Below, piece by piece: positions 25,228 through 32,598 of a stretch of 32,598 nucleotides of DNA (position 1 is the first letter of the stretch; every line of letters starts with the position of its first letter). The stretch comes from Bacteroidota bacterium (GTDB lineage: Bacteria; Bacteroidota; Ignavibacteria; SZUA-365; JAADGX01). The notes beneath the pieces were generated by a model. That model saw only the letters and a list, made by a program, of their open reading frames with translations. It was not told where the DNA came from and did no database searches. Made by a program: the position numbers and the translations under genes. The DNA lies in contig JAJRXL010000181.1 of assembly GCA_024276335.1 (NCBI GenBank), forward strand, positions 1-32,598, given 5' to 3'.

Positions 25228-25623
25228 TCACATTTCTCCAGCCAGCTTGCGCAAGCGAACGTCTTCCAGCGCTTTCCGCAATTCCCGGTAAAATGCTTCC
25301 GCCACCACGCGGTCCCGGCGACGGATTTTCAGGGAGAGTTGCGTCGTCTCGTGACCGGGCACTTTTTCGAACACGTCGAGATGCAGCGAATGAAAGACGA
25401 GCCGCGCACGGAACCAAGACTTCTTGAACACGATGTCCTTGATTTCGGCCATGGAAACGCGGATGGTCTTCACCTTGGATTTGAAGACCTCCAGGAGGTT
25501 ATCGGAAACCTGGAACTCGAAAACGAGCGCATCATCGGAATACCGGAGAATGCCTTTTGCCTTGGCAAAGCCGTGATACACTTCGTCTATTTCGAACGGG
25601 AGATGGTCGTCTTCCAGCAGCAT
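25228..25623 (-). CDS. Hypothetical small cytoplasmic protein (beta-rich core plus C-terminal helix, PH-like by eye)
   Basis: 131-aa ORF with a balanced, protein-like composition and an AGGAA site upstream of the ATG. Co-directional and tightly spaced (24 nt) with the MDR gene. No family recognised. Confidence 0.6.
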   Translation of the reverse strand: MLLEDDHLPFEIDEVYHGFAKAKGILRYSDDALVFEFQVSDNLLEVFKSKVKTIRVSMAEIKDIVFKKSWFRARLVFHSLHLDVFEKVPGHETTQLSLKIRRRDRVVAEAFYRELRKALEDVRLRKLAGEM

Positions 25624-25727
25624 CGCGTTTCCTGTTTATACCGGGCGTTTACTCGCTTCCAAAGCTACGAAAACCGCCATGTTGTTTCCAACTCGATATC
25701 CCGTTTTCGACCGCGCGGACAAATTGT

Positions 25728-28169
25728 TCAGTTCCCCGTGAAAGGCCAGTGTTCGAGATCGATAAGTGAAACCGGCAGCATCGGCATGGGAACACCGTTG
25801 TACCGCAGCATGAATTTCAGGAGTTCTATTTTCTTTTCGATGTCACGATTGAAGGCAGTGCCGGAGCCAACGAGGCCCCCCAAAAGTTTGCTCAAATCAA
25901 AAAGCCCGGGGACGGGATACTCCACGATCTCGACTTCGTCGTCGGGGCCGAATCCCGCCCGATGTTTCGCCACATCAACAGCCGTGGCCAGGCCGCCGAG
26001 CAAATCCACCAGCCCGTGCTCCAGGCCGTCGTAGCCGGACCAGACCCTACCCTGGGCGATGGAATCAATCCCTTCCGCTGTTCGTCCACGTCCTTCCGCC
26101 ACTTTCTCCACGAACTCCTTGTACAAGTCGAGAATGAGTCCCTTTATCTGCGCGTGTTCCGCTTCGGTCAGGTTCCGGTCCGGCAACATGCCGAGCAATC
26201 CAAAGCCGAGGTCAGCGTGCTCGCCGCGCTTGACGAAATCGGTGGTCACGCCGAGGCTTTCCTTCAAGTCGATATTGTAAAACCAGCCGCCGATCACGCC
26301 TATGGAACCGGTAATCGTCGTGGGGGCTGCGATGATGGTGTCACCGTACATGGAGAGCCAGTATCCACCGGATGCGGCAACGTTGCCCTGCGAGACGATG
26401 ACCGGTTTCTTTTGACCGCATTTTTTGATCGCTTCCGCGATGATATCGGAAGCCAAGGCGTCGCCGCCGGGCGAATCCACGCGCAGCACGACTGCTTTCA
26501 CGCTGCCGTCCTTCGTGACTTTCTCGACGTCTTTCACCAGCTTCCGGGCTGCAATCCCCACGTCCATGTCGCAAACGCCCAGTGCGTAAATCACGGCGAT
26601 CCTGGGTTTGCTGCCCCAGTGATGATCCGGCAAGTCCCGGGTGATGGCCAGGGAACCGGGGTTCACCATTCGCGCTTTCTTCCCTTCGAGGGTCGTTATC
26701 ACGCTGTCGACCGCGTCCCACCGGCCCAGCGTATCCACCAGCCCGAACTCCAGCGCCGCGCGGGAAAGGAAGATCATGGTGTTGTTCACGAGACTGTCAA
26801 ACCGGGACGGCGCGATCCCTCGCCCCTCGCAGATGTCGTCCTTCGCCAGGCGGTAGTAATCGTCCACGATGGCCTGAAGCTGTTCGCGATCGGCGTCCGA
26901 CATGGAGCGGCGGGAAAATGTCTCGTTCGCGGATTTGTACTTGAGATACCTCCACTCCTCGAACCCGATGCCGAGTTTTTCCAACGTGCCTTTCACGTAC
27001 ATGCGCCCGAGAAGAAATCCCTCCAGCGTAATCGTGCCAAGCGGGTCCATCACGATTTTGTCGGCCACCGACGCCAGGTGGTAGGCGCTGATGCCGCCAC
27101 GATCAATATAGACAACGACTTTTTTCCCCGATGACCGGAATTCCTTGAGTTTCTCCCGTATCTCCCACAGGAATTCCTTGCCGACATTCATCCCGGACAG
27201 GTTCAGCGCCAACCCCTTGATCTCCGGGTCGCGTTTCGCCGCTTCAATCTGTTGAAGGAGCCCCAGGAGGGTGCGGGAATCATCGAACCAGCGGAACTTC
27301 TGGTACTTGATCGGTTTTTTCATGTCGTACTTGACGTACTTCGTGCCCGGCATGAGATCGGCCAGGAAGGAACGATCCCTGGCACCTACCCTGATGGAAT
27401 GCGTATTGTACACGCGGTCGCCGTCGCTTTCGGAATTCACCTGTTCAGTGTATCCAACTACGCCCAGGCTGATCTGGACCGCGGCTGAAAATGCATCCGT
27501 GTCGAAGTATCGCCCGGCAACTCGCAGCCCAGGCAACGGTTCGACCACGGCGCCTGCGCTCCAACGACCATCCCGCCATTGCCGCCCCGAGACAAGGGCG
27601 TAATCCGCGAACAGCGTCACGAGCTCGTCGCCGAAAGGACGAACGCCCAGGTCCACGACGCCCTCGCCCCCGTGGGGCCGGAAGGTAGTGTTCCAGGTCA
27701 AGCCGAGCGAGGCATAGCGGATAGGGCGAATAAGCGCGCCGACGGCATAGCTGTTCCTGCGATTCATGTCTTCCCGATCGCCAAACACGTAACCAACCCG
27801 GTAGCCCAGGCTGAATCCCTTTGAGCCGAACGCGGAAGCGAAGTACAACTCGGAAGATGAGAATTCACCCATGTTCTCGCTGTGCAACCCCATGGCGAAG
27901 TCGCGCCCGGCGTAGAACAATCCAAGCCGCCGGTATTCCGGACTGTTATAACTATCCGTCCAGGAAACCATGAGGTTGGCCGTCCGGGCATACGTGAGCA
28001 CTGCCGGGTTATCGTACCCGTATAAGCCGAACTGCATTGCGCCCGCGGAAGCCGGAAACAGGCTGGATTTCTGATGATACGGCAGGAGGCCGTCCTGTGC
28101 GGATAAAATCGATGGCAACAGAATAAACAGGAATAGAAAGTACCAGAAAATTTTCATTATCTCCCTCAT
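25728..28169 (-). CDS. sppA: Signal peptide peptidase SppA (S49, tandem-domain 67K type) with an extra ~260-aa N-terminal beta-barrel-like domain
   Basis: 813 aa. Signal peptide (MREI)MKIFWYFLFLFILLPSILSAQ. First S49 domain has the general-base Lys context YHLASVADKIVMDP. Second S49 domain has the nucleophile context VSQGNVAASGGYWLS. An alternative start is ATG 28157, preceded by GAGGGAG. Confidence 0.85.
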   Translation of the reverse strand: MREIMKIFWYFLFLFILLPSILSAQDGLLPYHQKSSLFPASAGAMQFGLYGYDNPAVLTYARTANLMVSWTDSYNSPEYRRLGLFYAGRDFAMGLHSENMGEFSSSELYFASAFGSKGFSLGYRVGYVFGDREDMNRRNSYAVGALIRPIRYASLGLTWNTTFRPHGGEGVVDLGVRPFGDELVTLFADYALVSGRQWRDGRWSAGAVVEPLPGLRVAGRYFDTDAFSAAVQISLGVVGYTEQVNSESDGDRVYNTHSIRVGARDRSFLADLMPGTKYVKYDMKKPIKYQKFRWFDDSRTLLGLLQQIEAAKRDPEIKGLALNLSGMNVGKEFLWEIREKLKEFRSSGKKVVVYIDRGGISAYHLASVADKIVMDPLGTITLEGFLLGRMYVKGTLEKLGIGFEEWRYLKYKSANETFSRRSMSDADREQLQAIVDDYYRLAKDDICEGRGIAPSRFDSLVNNTMIFLSRAALEFGLVDTLGRWDAVDSVITTLEGKKARMVNPGSLAITRDLPDHHWGSKPRIAVIYALGVCDMDVGIAARKLVKDVEKVTKDGSVKAVVLRVDSPGGDALASDIIAEAIKKCGQKKPVIVSQGNVAASGGYWLSMYGDTIIAAPTTITGSIGVIGGWFYNIDLKESLGVTTDFVKRGEHADLGFGLLGMLPDRNLTEAEHAQIKGLILDLYKEFVEKVAEGRGRTAEGIDSIAQGRVWSGYDGLEHGLVDLLGGLATAVDVAKHRAGFGPDDEVEIVEYPVPGLFDLSKLLGGLVGSGTAFNRDIEKKIELLKFMLRYNGVPMPMLPVSLIDLEHWPFTGN

Positions 28170-28563
28170 TGAATTATTGATGGGATAATCAGTGTTCGCG
28201 TGTTATTAACCAGGGTTTGTGCGTTTTTTCGAAAGACGCCTGAAAGTCGATAGAAACCGATCTCCCTTGTTTTCCTCACCGATAACAGCGCATTAGCGGC
28301 CTTGTCTCCGATCTGCGAGCAACTTCGACAAAGCCCGCCAGGTAAGAGGGGTCAAAGGTTTGATTGAAAATGTTCCGCCGGAGGACATAACATGTAACCC
28401 CAAGTTTAGAGCGCGACTTGATACAACCTTATATATGCCGGGGGGTAAAAACTGCGTCCGCTTTAAGGAATGCCGCATCTGCCGACAAGACTCACACTGC
28501 TTCCAACGCACTTACGCGAGATGGCGCAAGCTGTTGCACATCAGCTTTGACAAACCGGGAGAA

Positions 28564-29073
28564 TCATTTCGCTTTGAATTCCAGCGCGATGGAATTAATA
28601 CAATAACGTTTGCCCGTGGGTTGCGGCCCGTCGTCAAAGACGTGGCCAAGATGGGAACCGCAGTTGGCGCACAATACTTCCGTACGAACCATGAGCATGC
28701 TCGTGTCGCGTTCGAGACGAATATGCGCATCGTCGCGCGGCGCCCAGAAACTCGGCCACCCACTTCCGGAATCGTACTTTCGATCGCTGTCGAACAATTC
28801 GTTGCCGCACGCCGCGCACAGGAACACACCCTCTTGTTTCAGCTCGTGGAACTTGCCTGAGAACGCAGGCTCCGTTCCCTTCTCCCGCATAACACGGTAC
28901 TGCTCGGGGGTGAGTTTCCGCCGCCATTTCTCCTCATCCCCGGGCAGTTGCTCATTCATTGCTTTTTCTCCTTTTCGACTTTCCTGCACTTGCCGTTCCC
29001 CTCCATTCGGGCATGACTGGAATATGGCAGTCAAACCAATACCGATAATTACCGCAGATGCCGCTTTGTTCAT
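28564..29073 (-). CDS. msrB: Peptide-methionine (R)-S-oxide reductase MsrB with an N-terminal signal or anchor sequence
   Basis: SelR/MsrB motifs: two zinc CxxC pairs (CAACGNELF, CANCGSHLGHVFDDGP), GWPSFW, and catalytic RYCINS. The N-terminus MNKAASAVIIGIGLTAIFQSC is hydrophobic. Alternative starts are ATG 29109 and TTG 29139 (the track start). Confidence 0.88.
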   Translation of the reverse strand: MNKAASAVIIGIGLTAIFQSCPNGGERQVQESRKGEKAMNEQLPGDEEKWRRKLTPEQYRVMREKGTEPAFSGKFHELKQEGVFLCAACGNELFDSDRKYDSGSGWPSFWAPRDDAHIRLERDTSMLMVRTEVLCANCGSHLGHVFDDGPQPTGKRYCINSIALEFKAK

Positions 29074-29125
29074 CGTGGTTTTTTCATTCCCCGGAGCCCT
29101 TCCCCTCATGAAGAAGGACAGCGCC

Positions 29126-29154
29126 GCCGCGCGGTCCAATTCATGCCGCGCGGC
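29126..29154 (-). terminator. GC-rich hairpin just downstream of the Ig-repeat gene (possible terminator or attenuator)
   Basis: G-CCGCGCGG (29126-29134) pairs with CCGCGCGG-C (29146-29154), giving a 9-bp perfect GC stem with an 11-nt loop. It lies 22 nt after the stop at 29176. There is no clear U-tract (TCCTTCTTC follows on the minus strand). Confidence 0.35.
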
Positions 29155-29175
29155 AGTGAATAGATGTCCAAGGAC

Positions 29176-31536
29176 CTACTTGATAACCGTCATCACGCGC
29201 GTCTGGTGATACTGGCCACTGCGCATGAGGATAATGTACACCCCGGAGTCAAATGGCTGACCGCCCTCGCCCAGGTTCAATTCGGCGGTGTAGATGCCCG
29301 GTTCTTTTCTCGCGTCCACCAGGGTCCGAATCACTCTTCCGAGCAGATCACGCACCTCGATCACGACATGAGCCGACCGGGGAAGGCTGTACATGATCCG
29401 CGTATGCGAAGGCGACGCCCCTCGTTCGATGGAAACGGGATTCGGGAAATTCTGGGACAGGAAAAAGGCATTCGCGCTGACGGCGTCCACGCTTGTGGGC
29501 TGGCTGACAATAACGGTAAATGCTTGCCGATCCGTTCCGGCGGGGTTTTTCGCATCCACGCTGACCGAATGCTGGCCCAACTGCGACGCCTCCGGCGTCC
29601 ACGTGACCTCCCCTGTCGTTGCATCGATGGTCATGCCCGTGGGAGACATCGCAAGGGAAAACGTCGCCGCGGGTTCGGCATCGGCCGTCACCCGGTACGT
29701 GTATTCCTTGTCGACTTCGGCCGCGATCTTGGGCGTGCTGGTGATCATGGGAATGGTCATGACATAGATGGAAAACAGTTGCTCGGCGGAACCGGCGAGG
29801 TTCACGGCCGATACCCTCACGGGATTCCTGCCTTTCTGGTTCCGCGCAGGCACCCACTTCACTTCCCCGGTGACCGAATCGATGCTCATACCAAGGGGCG
29901 CTTCGGACAGCCTGTAAACCGGGTCCGGGGAACCCGTGGCGGCGGCAGTGTACGAATAGAGCTGTCCTGCTATGGCTGTGGTATCCGGCGTAGACGTAAA
30001 CGTAGGCAGAACGGGAGGCGGCGTAACGGTTACGGTGAATGTTTGTTCGTCATTACCAGCGCGATTCTCCGCGCGCACCGTTACTTCGTAATCTCCTTCC
30101 TCGCCGGGATTGGGATTCCAACGAACAAGGCCGGTACTGAAACCAATGGTCATACCGGACGGCCCCTTGACCATCGACCACGTGGGTTCGGGGTTGCCGC
30201 TCGCTTTCGCCTGGTACGCATACGGCTGACCCGCTGCTACCTTGGTAACCGGTGTGGAAATGATCTGTGGCGGGACAGCGGATGCATCCACCTGGAGCTG
30301 GAAGCTCTGGACATCGAGCCCGACCGCGTTCGACGCACGCACGCTCACATTAAAGACACCAACCTGGTTATCTGCCGGAGTCATGGTAATAAGGCCCGTC
30401 GCCGGGGAGATGGTCATTCCCGGAGGACCGGTCAATAAAGCGAACATGGGCGGAGGTCCACCCGTCGCCGTGACCTGGTAGGAATACAATTCCTTGACAA
30501 TGGCCTTGGTCCTGGGAGTCGAAGTTATTCTCGGGCGCGTGGGTTGCACGACGGTCAGCGTGTAAGTCTGATCCTGGTCCCCGTTGCTGTTGCTGGCACG
30601 CACCGTGACGGTGTGATCACCGACGTCTGTGTTGGAAGGCATCCAGACCACTTCGCCCGTGACGGAATTAATGACCATCCCCTGCGGCGCCTTGACGAGA
30701 CTGTACGTGGGTCGCGGCACGCCTGATGCATGCGCCGCGTAGGTGTAACGAATACCGGCGTACGCGGTTGTCGGTGGCGAGGTCACGAAAGCCGGGAAAG
30801 GTGAAAACGTCGCCGTGTCCGTGAAGGCGGTCATGTAGAGATACGGAAACAACATCTTCTGCGTCCCGCTGTCTCGAAACAGGCTGTCCATTAACATAAC
30901 CTGGATCTGGTTACTGACTTGATTCACCATGACGGTTCGGCTGTCCTGCTCGGTGCGATACGGTGCCGTGTGCCCGTCACTGATAAGCGTCACGGAATTG
31001 TTCTTTCCCTGGTTTACGGTAAACTCGACCGTGATAAAGAAATCTCGCGGCACCAACACCCCCTGCAACCTGATGGTATTGAATGCCCTCATCCGTAAGG
31101 CGGACTTGTCGATGATGATCTGGTCGAGCACGGGCGAGAACTTCGGCATCCTGAACGTGCCGTTGGCAAAATGCGTAACCGAATCCGGGAGCACGCGGAT
31201 CCTGATCGCTCCGGTGCTCACGCTGTCAATGTAAATACTGACGGAATCAAGAAACGCGGTGCTGGTCGGCAAGGTGAATCGTTGCATGAGATAGAGGTTG
31301 ATGAATGCTCCATAATCGCGCGGGAATGTCCAGGCAAAAGCCGGCAGTTTCGTATCGTGATACGAAATGGCAACCGTCGTGGAGGAAGACGCGGGAACGG
31401 GAGCCTCGCCGTTGATTTCCACGGTTTTCACGGCAGGCAGGGATACCGCAACGCCCGTGTTGTATTCCGCGTGTTGGGCTGATAACACGGTAGGAATCCC
31501 GTATATCAATGCCAGCATTAAGACAATTTTTTTCAT
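29176..31536 (-). CDS. Secreted surface protein: unknown N-terminal domain, five tandem Ig-like (He_PIG / dystroglycan-type cadherin-like) domains, T9SS type-A C-terminal sorting domain
   Basis: 786 aa. Signal peptide MKKIVLMLALIYGIPTVLSAQ. Five ~87-aa repeats share the consensus ITSTPxTxAxxGxxYxYxxxAxGxPxPxYxLxxxPxGMxIxxxTGxVxWxPxxxxxGxxxVxVxAxNxxGxxxQxFxxxV. CTD FLSQNFPNPVS...VVIEVRDLLGRVIRTLVD...SGVYIILMRSG...VMTVIK. Confidence 0.88.
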   Translation of the reverse strand: MKKIVLMLALIYGIPTVLSAQHAEYNTGVAVSLPAVKTVEINGEAPVPASSSTTVAISYHDTKLPAFAWTFPRDYGAFINLYLMQRFTLPTSTAFLDSVSIYIDSVSTGAIRIRVLPDSVTHFANGTFRMPKFSPVLDQIIIDKSALRMRAFNTIRLQGVLVPRDFFITVEFTVNQGKNNSVTLISDGHTAPYRTEQDSRTVMVNQVSNQIQVMLMDSLFRDSGTQKMLFPYLYMTAFTDTATFSPFPAFVTSPPTTAYAGIRYTYAAHASGVPRPTYSLVKAPQGMVINSVTGEVVWMPSNTDVGDHTVTVRASNSNGDQDQTYTLTVVQPTRPRITSTPRTKAIVKELYSYQVTATGGPPPMFALLTGPPGMTISPATGLITMTPADNQVGVFNVSVRASNAVGLDVQSFQLQVDASAVPPQIISTPVTKVAAGQPYAYQAKASGNPEPTWSMVKGPSGMTIGFSTGLVRWNPNPGEEGDYEVTVRAENRAGNDEQTFTVTVTPPPVLPTFTSTPDTTAIAGQLYSYTAAATGSPDPVYRLSEAPLGMSIDSVTGEVKWVPARNQKGRNPVRVSAVNLAGSAEQLFSIYVMTIPMITSTPKIAAEVDKEYTYRVTADAEPAATFSLAMSPTGMTIDATTGEVTWTPEASQLGQHSVSVDAKNPAGTDRQAFTVIVSQPTSVDAVSANAFFLSQNFPNPVSIERGASPSHTRIMYSLPRSAHVVIEVRDLLGRVIRTLVDARKEPGIYTAELNLGEGGQPFDSGVYIILMRSGQYHQTRVMTVIK
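29497..30795 (-). repeat. Five tandem ~261-bp coding repeats (Ig-like domain array) inside the 29176..31536 gene
   Basis: Protein residues ~248-680 split into five units, each starting (V/I/F)TS(P/T)P and ending ...F/Y-x-(L/V/I)-x-V. Conservation is at the protein-motif level; the DNA copies are diverged, not identical. Confidence 0.8.
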
Positions 31537-31769
31537 GGTTACACCTCGTTACGTTTCGGCGGGATGGGGTGGCTCTAAAAGCTGTTTAAAAGATGAACGC
31601 TGGACAAACAATATGCAAGCGGGAAATAAGAAATGCGGTTGCCTGCGGACCTCCCCGTGTCGCAACACACGTCGCGGGCATATTTTCTTTTCGTGGCGGC
31701 TAAACTTGCGTTCCAGGCGTTTATCCCATACTTTACCTGACACGACAAATTCATCAACAGGGAGGCGCC
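31537..31769. promoter_or_regulatory. Divergent intergenic region between the minus-strand Ig-repeat gene and the plus-strand glycoside hydrolase gene
   Basis: 233-nt gap and the only strand switch in the window, so it must carry promoters in both directions. A GGAGG Shine-Dalgarno site at 31761-31765 lies 4 nt upstream of ATG 31770. Confidence 0.4.
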
Positions 31770-32598
31770 ATGCTGGACAGTACGTTTCTTCGTTTCGGTT
31801 TATTCCTCCTCGGATGCGGATGTTTGACGCTCTCGCTTCGCGCACAGGACCGCGCCGTCACGATTGACGCTTCGAACACCGTACAACAATCCTTCCCGCT
31901 CCTGGGCACGAACGCCGGCCCTCACAAAATGCGCGCGCCCGCCAATCCCGTCGACCTCAGCGATGTGTTTCACACCTGGGGAATCAAGGCCATTCGAACC
32001 CACGATTACTATGGACCGTGCGACTGGTACACGATCTTTCCGGACTGGAATGCCGATCCCTCTTTGCCTTCCTCGTATTACTTTGCCACAACGGACAGCG
32101 TCATCCAGCAGATAACCGGCGGCGGCTTCGAAGTCTTGTTCCGCCTGGGCGTGAGCTGGCGGGGGCGAAACCCGCTTCCCACCAACGATCCTCCCGGCAC
32201 TATCAGGGACGCCAACGGCACGGTCATCCACGAAGCCGATTCCACCGACTTCGCGAAGTTCGCCGAAATATGCAAGCACATCGTCATGCACTATAACGAT
32301 GGCTGGGCGAGGGGATTCCGGTACGACATCAAGCGGTGGGAAATCTGGAACGAACCCGCGGTACGGGAGCAATTCTGGACCGGTACACCGCTGCAATTCT
32401 TCCGGATGTTCAAAGCCGTGGCCAGGACATTGAAAACGTACAACCCCGATTTGGCCGTCGGCGGTCCCGGTCTCGCCGGTCAGTTCAACGGCGCTTACCT
32501 GGGCGGTCTCGTCAGGTATTGCAAGGCCAATGACATCCCGCTTGATTTCTATTCGTGGCACACGTACGGGGGAAGACCCGAGAGCATCAATCCGTATA
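31770..32598 (+). CDS. Secreted clan GH-A (GH39/GH5-like) glycoside hydrolase, C-terminus cut by the window edge
   Basis: Absent from the ORF track because it is open at the right edge. Manual translation from ATG 31770 is stop-free to the end of the window (276 codons): MLDSTFLRFGLFLLGCGCLTLSLRAQ (signal peptide) ...GIKAIRTHDYYGP...IKRWEIWNEP (clan GH-A acid/base NEP motif)...DFYSWHTYGG. The listed minus ORF 31800..32561 is its antisense shadow. Confidence 0.8.
   Translation, partial: MLDSTFLRFGLFLLGCGCLTLSLRAQDRAVTIDASNTVQQSFPLLGTNAGPHKMRAPANPVDLSDVFHTWGIKAIRTHDYYGPCDWYTIFPDWNADPSLPSSYYFATTDSVIQQITGGGFEVLFRLGVSWRGRNPLPTNDPPGTIRDANGTVIHEADSTDFAKFAEICKHIVMHYNDGWARGFRYDIKRWEIWNEPAVREQFWTGTPLQFFRMFKAVARTLKTYNPDLAVGGPGLAGQFNGAYLGGLVRYCKANDIPLDFYSWHTYGGRPESINPY

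Noticed and set aside
28293-28511. 72-aa minus-strand ORF, and the Cys-rich start of the + ORF 28360..28860, both in the msrB-sppA gap
   Set aside because: Both are short and highly basic, with no RBS and no family motif. The + ORF continues ~300 nt antisense through msrB, so it is a shadow frame. The region is kept only as a non-coding gap finding.
31800-32561. 253-aa minus-strand ORF at the right edge
   Set aside because: It is antisense to the + strand GH gene, which has a Shine-Dalgarno site, a signal peptide and the WEIWNEP catalytic motif. The minus translation has no recognisable features.
1-32598. Looked for CRISPR arrays, IS/transposase or integrase genes, prophage or defence-system genes, tRNA/rRNA
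   Set aside because: No spaced direct repeats, no DDE/tyrosine-recombinase-like ORFs, no nuclease/ATPase/methylase defence-type genes, and no tRNA T-loop/acceptor patterns were seen. RNase HI is the ordinary housekeeping type.

Overview
GC-rich bacterial window with 24 of 25 recognised genes on the minus strand. It probably comes from an uncultured FCB-superphylum lineage: two secreted proteins end in type-A T9SS C-terminal sorting domains, yet the genes use clear Shine-Dalgarno sites. (1) Bases 1-19187 form one long co-directional carbohydrate-catabolic array. Gaps are short and there are two ATGA stop/start overlaps. Gene order on the minus strand is GH38 alpha-mannosidase, TIM-barrel isomerase-like, OYE flavoenzyme, Gfo/Idh/MocA, SDR, GH88 unsaturated glucuronyl hydrolase, Eda, KdgK, xylose-isomerase-family protein, RNase HI, XylB, Gfo/Idh/MocA, CN-hydrolase, sugar-1-P nucleotidyltransferase, long galactokinase-like kinase, and an edge-truncated protein of unknown function. 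(2) Bases 19355-31536 form a cell-envelope/secretion block. It holds a tight three-gene module (vWA T9SS cargo, OM beta-barrel, PorE-like PD40+OmpA protein), an MDR oxidoreductase, a 131-aa orphan, an SppA protease with an unusual N-terminal beta-barrel-like extension, an exported MsrB, and a T9SS cargo with five tandem Ig-like repeats. (3) Bases 31770-32598 hold a divergently transcribed, edge-truncated clan GH-A glycoside hydrolase. The two edge-truncated CDSs are absent from the ORF track and were recovered by manual translation. I recognised no rRNA, tRNA, CRISPR array, transposase or integrase. All functional calls rest on motifs read by eye; no searches were run. The best candidates for new biology are the vWA/barrel/PorE-like module, the barrel-fused SppA, and the Gfo/Idh/MocA + TIM-barrel + OYE genes lying between GH38 and GH88.
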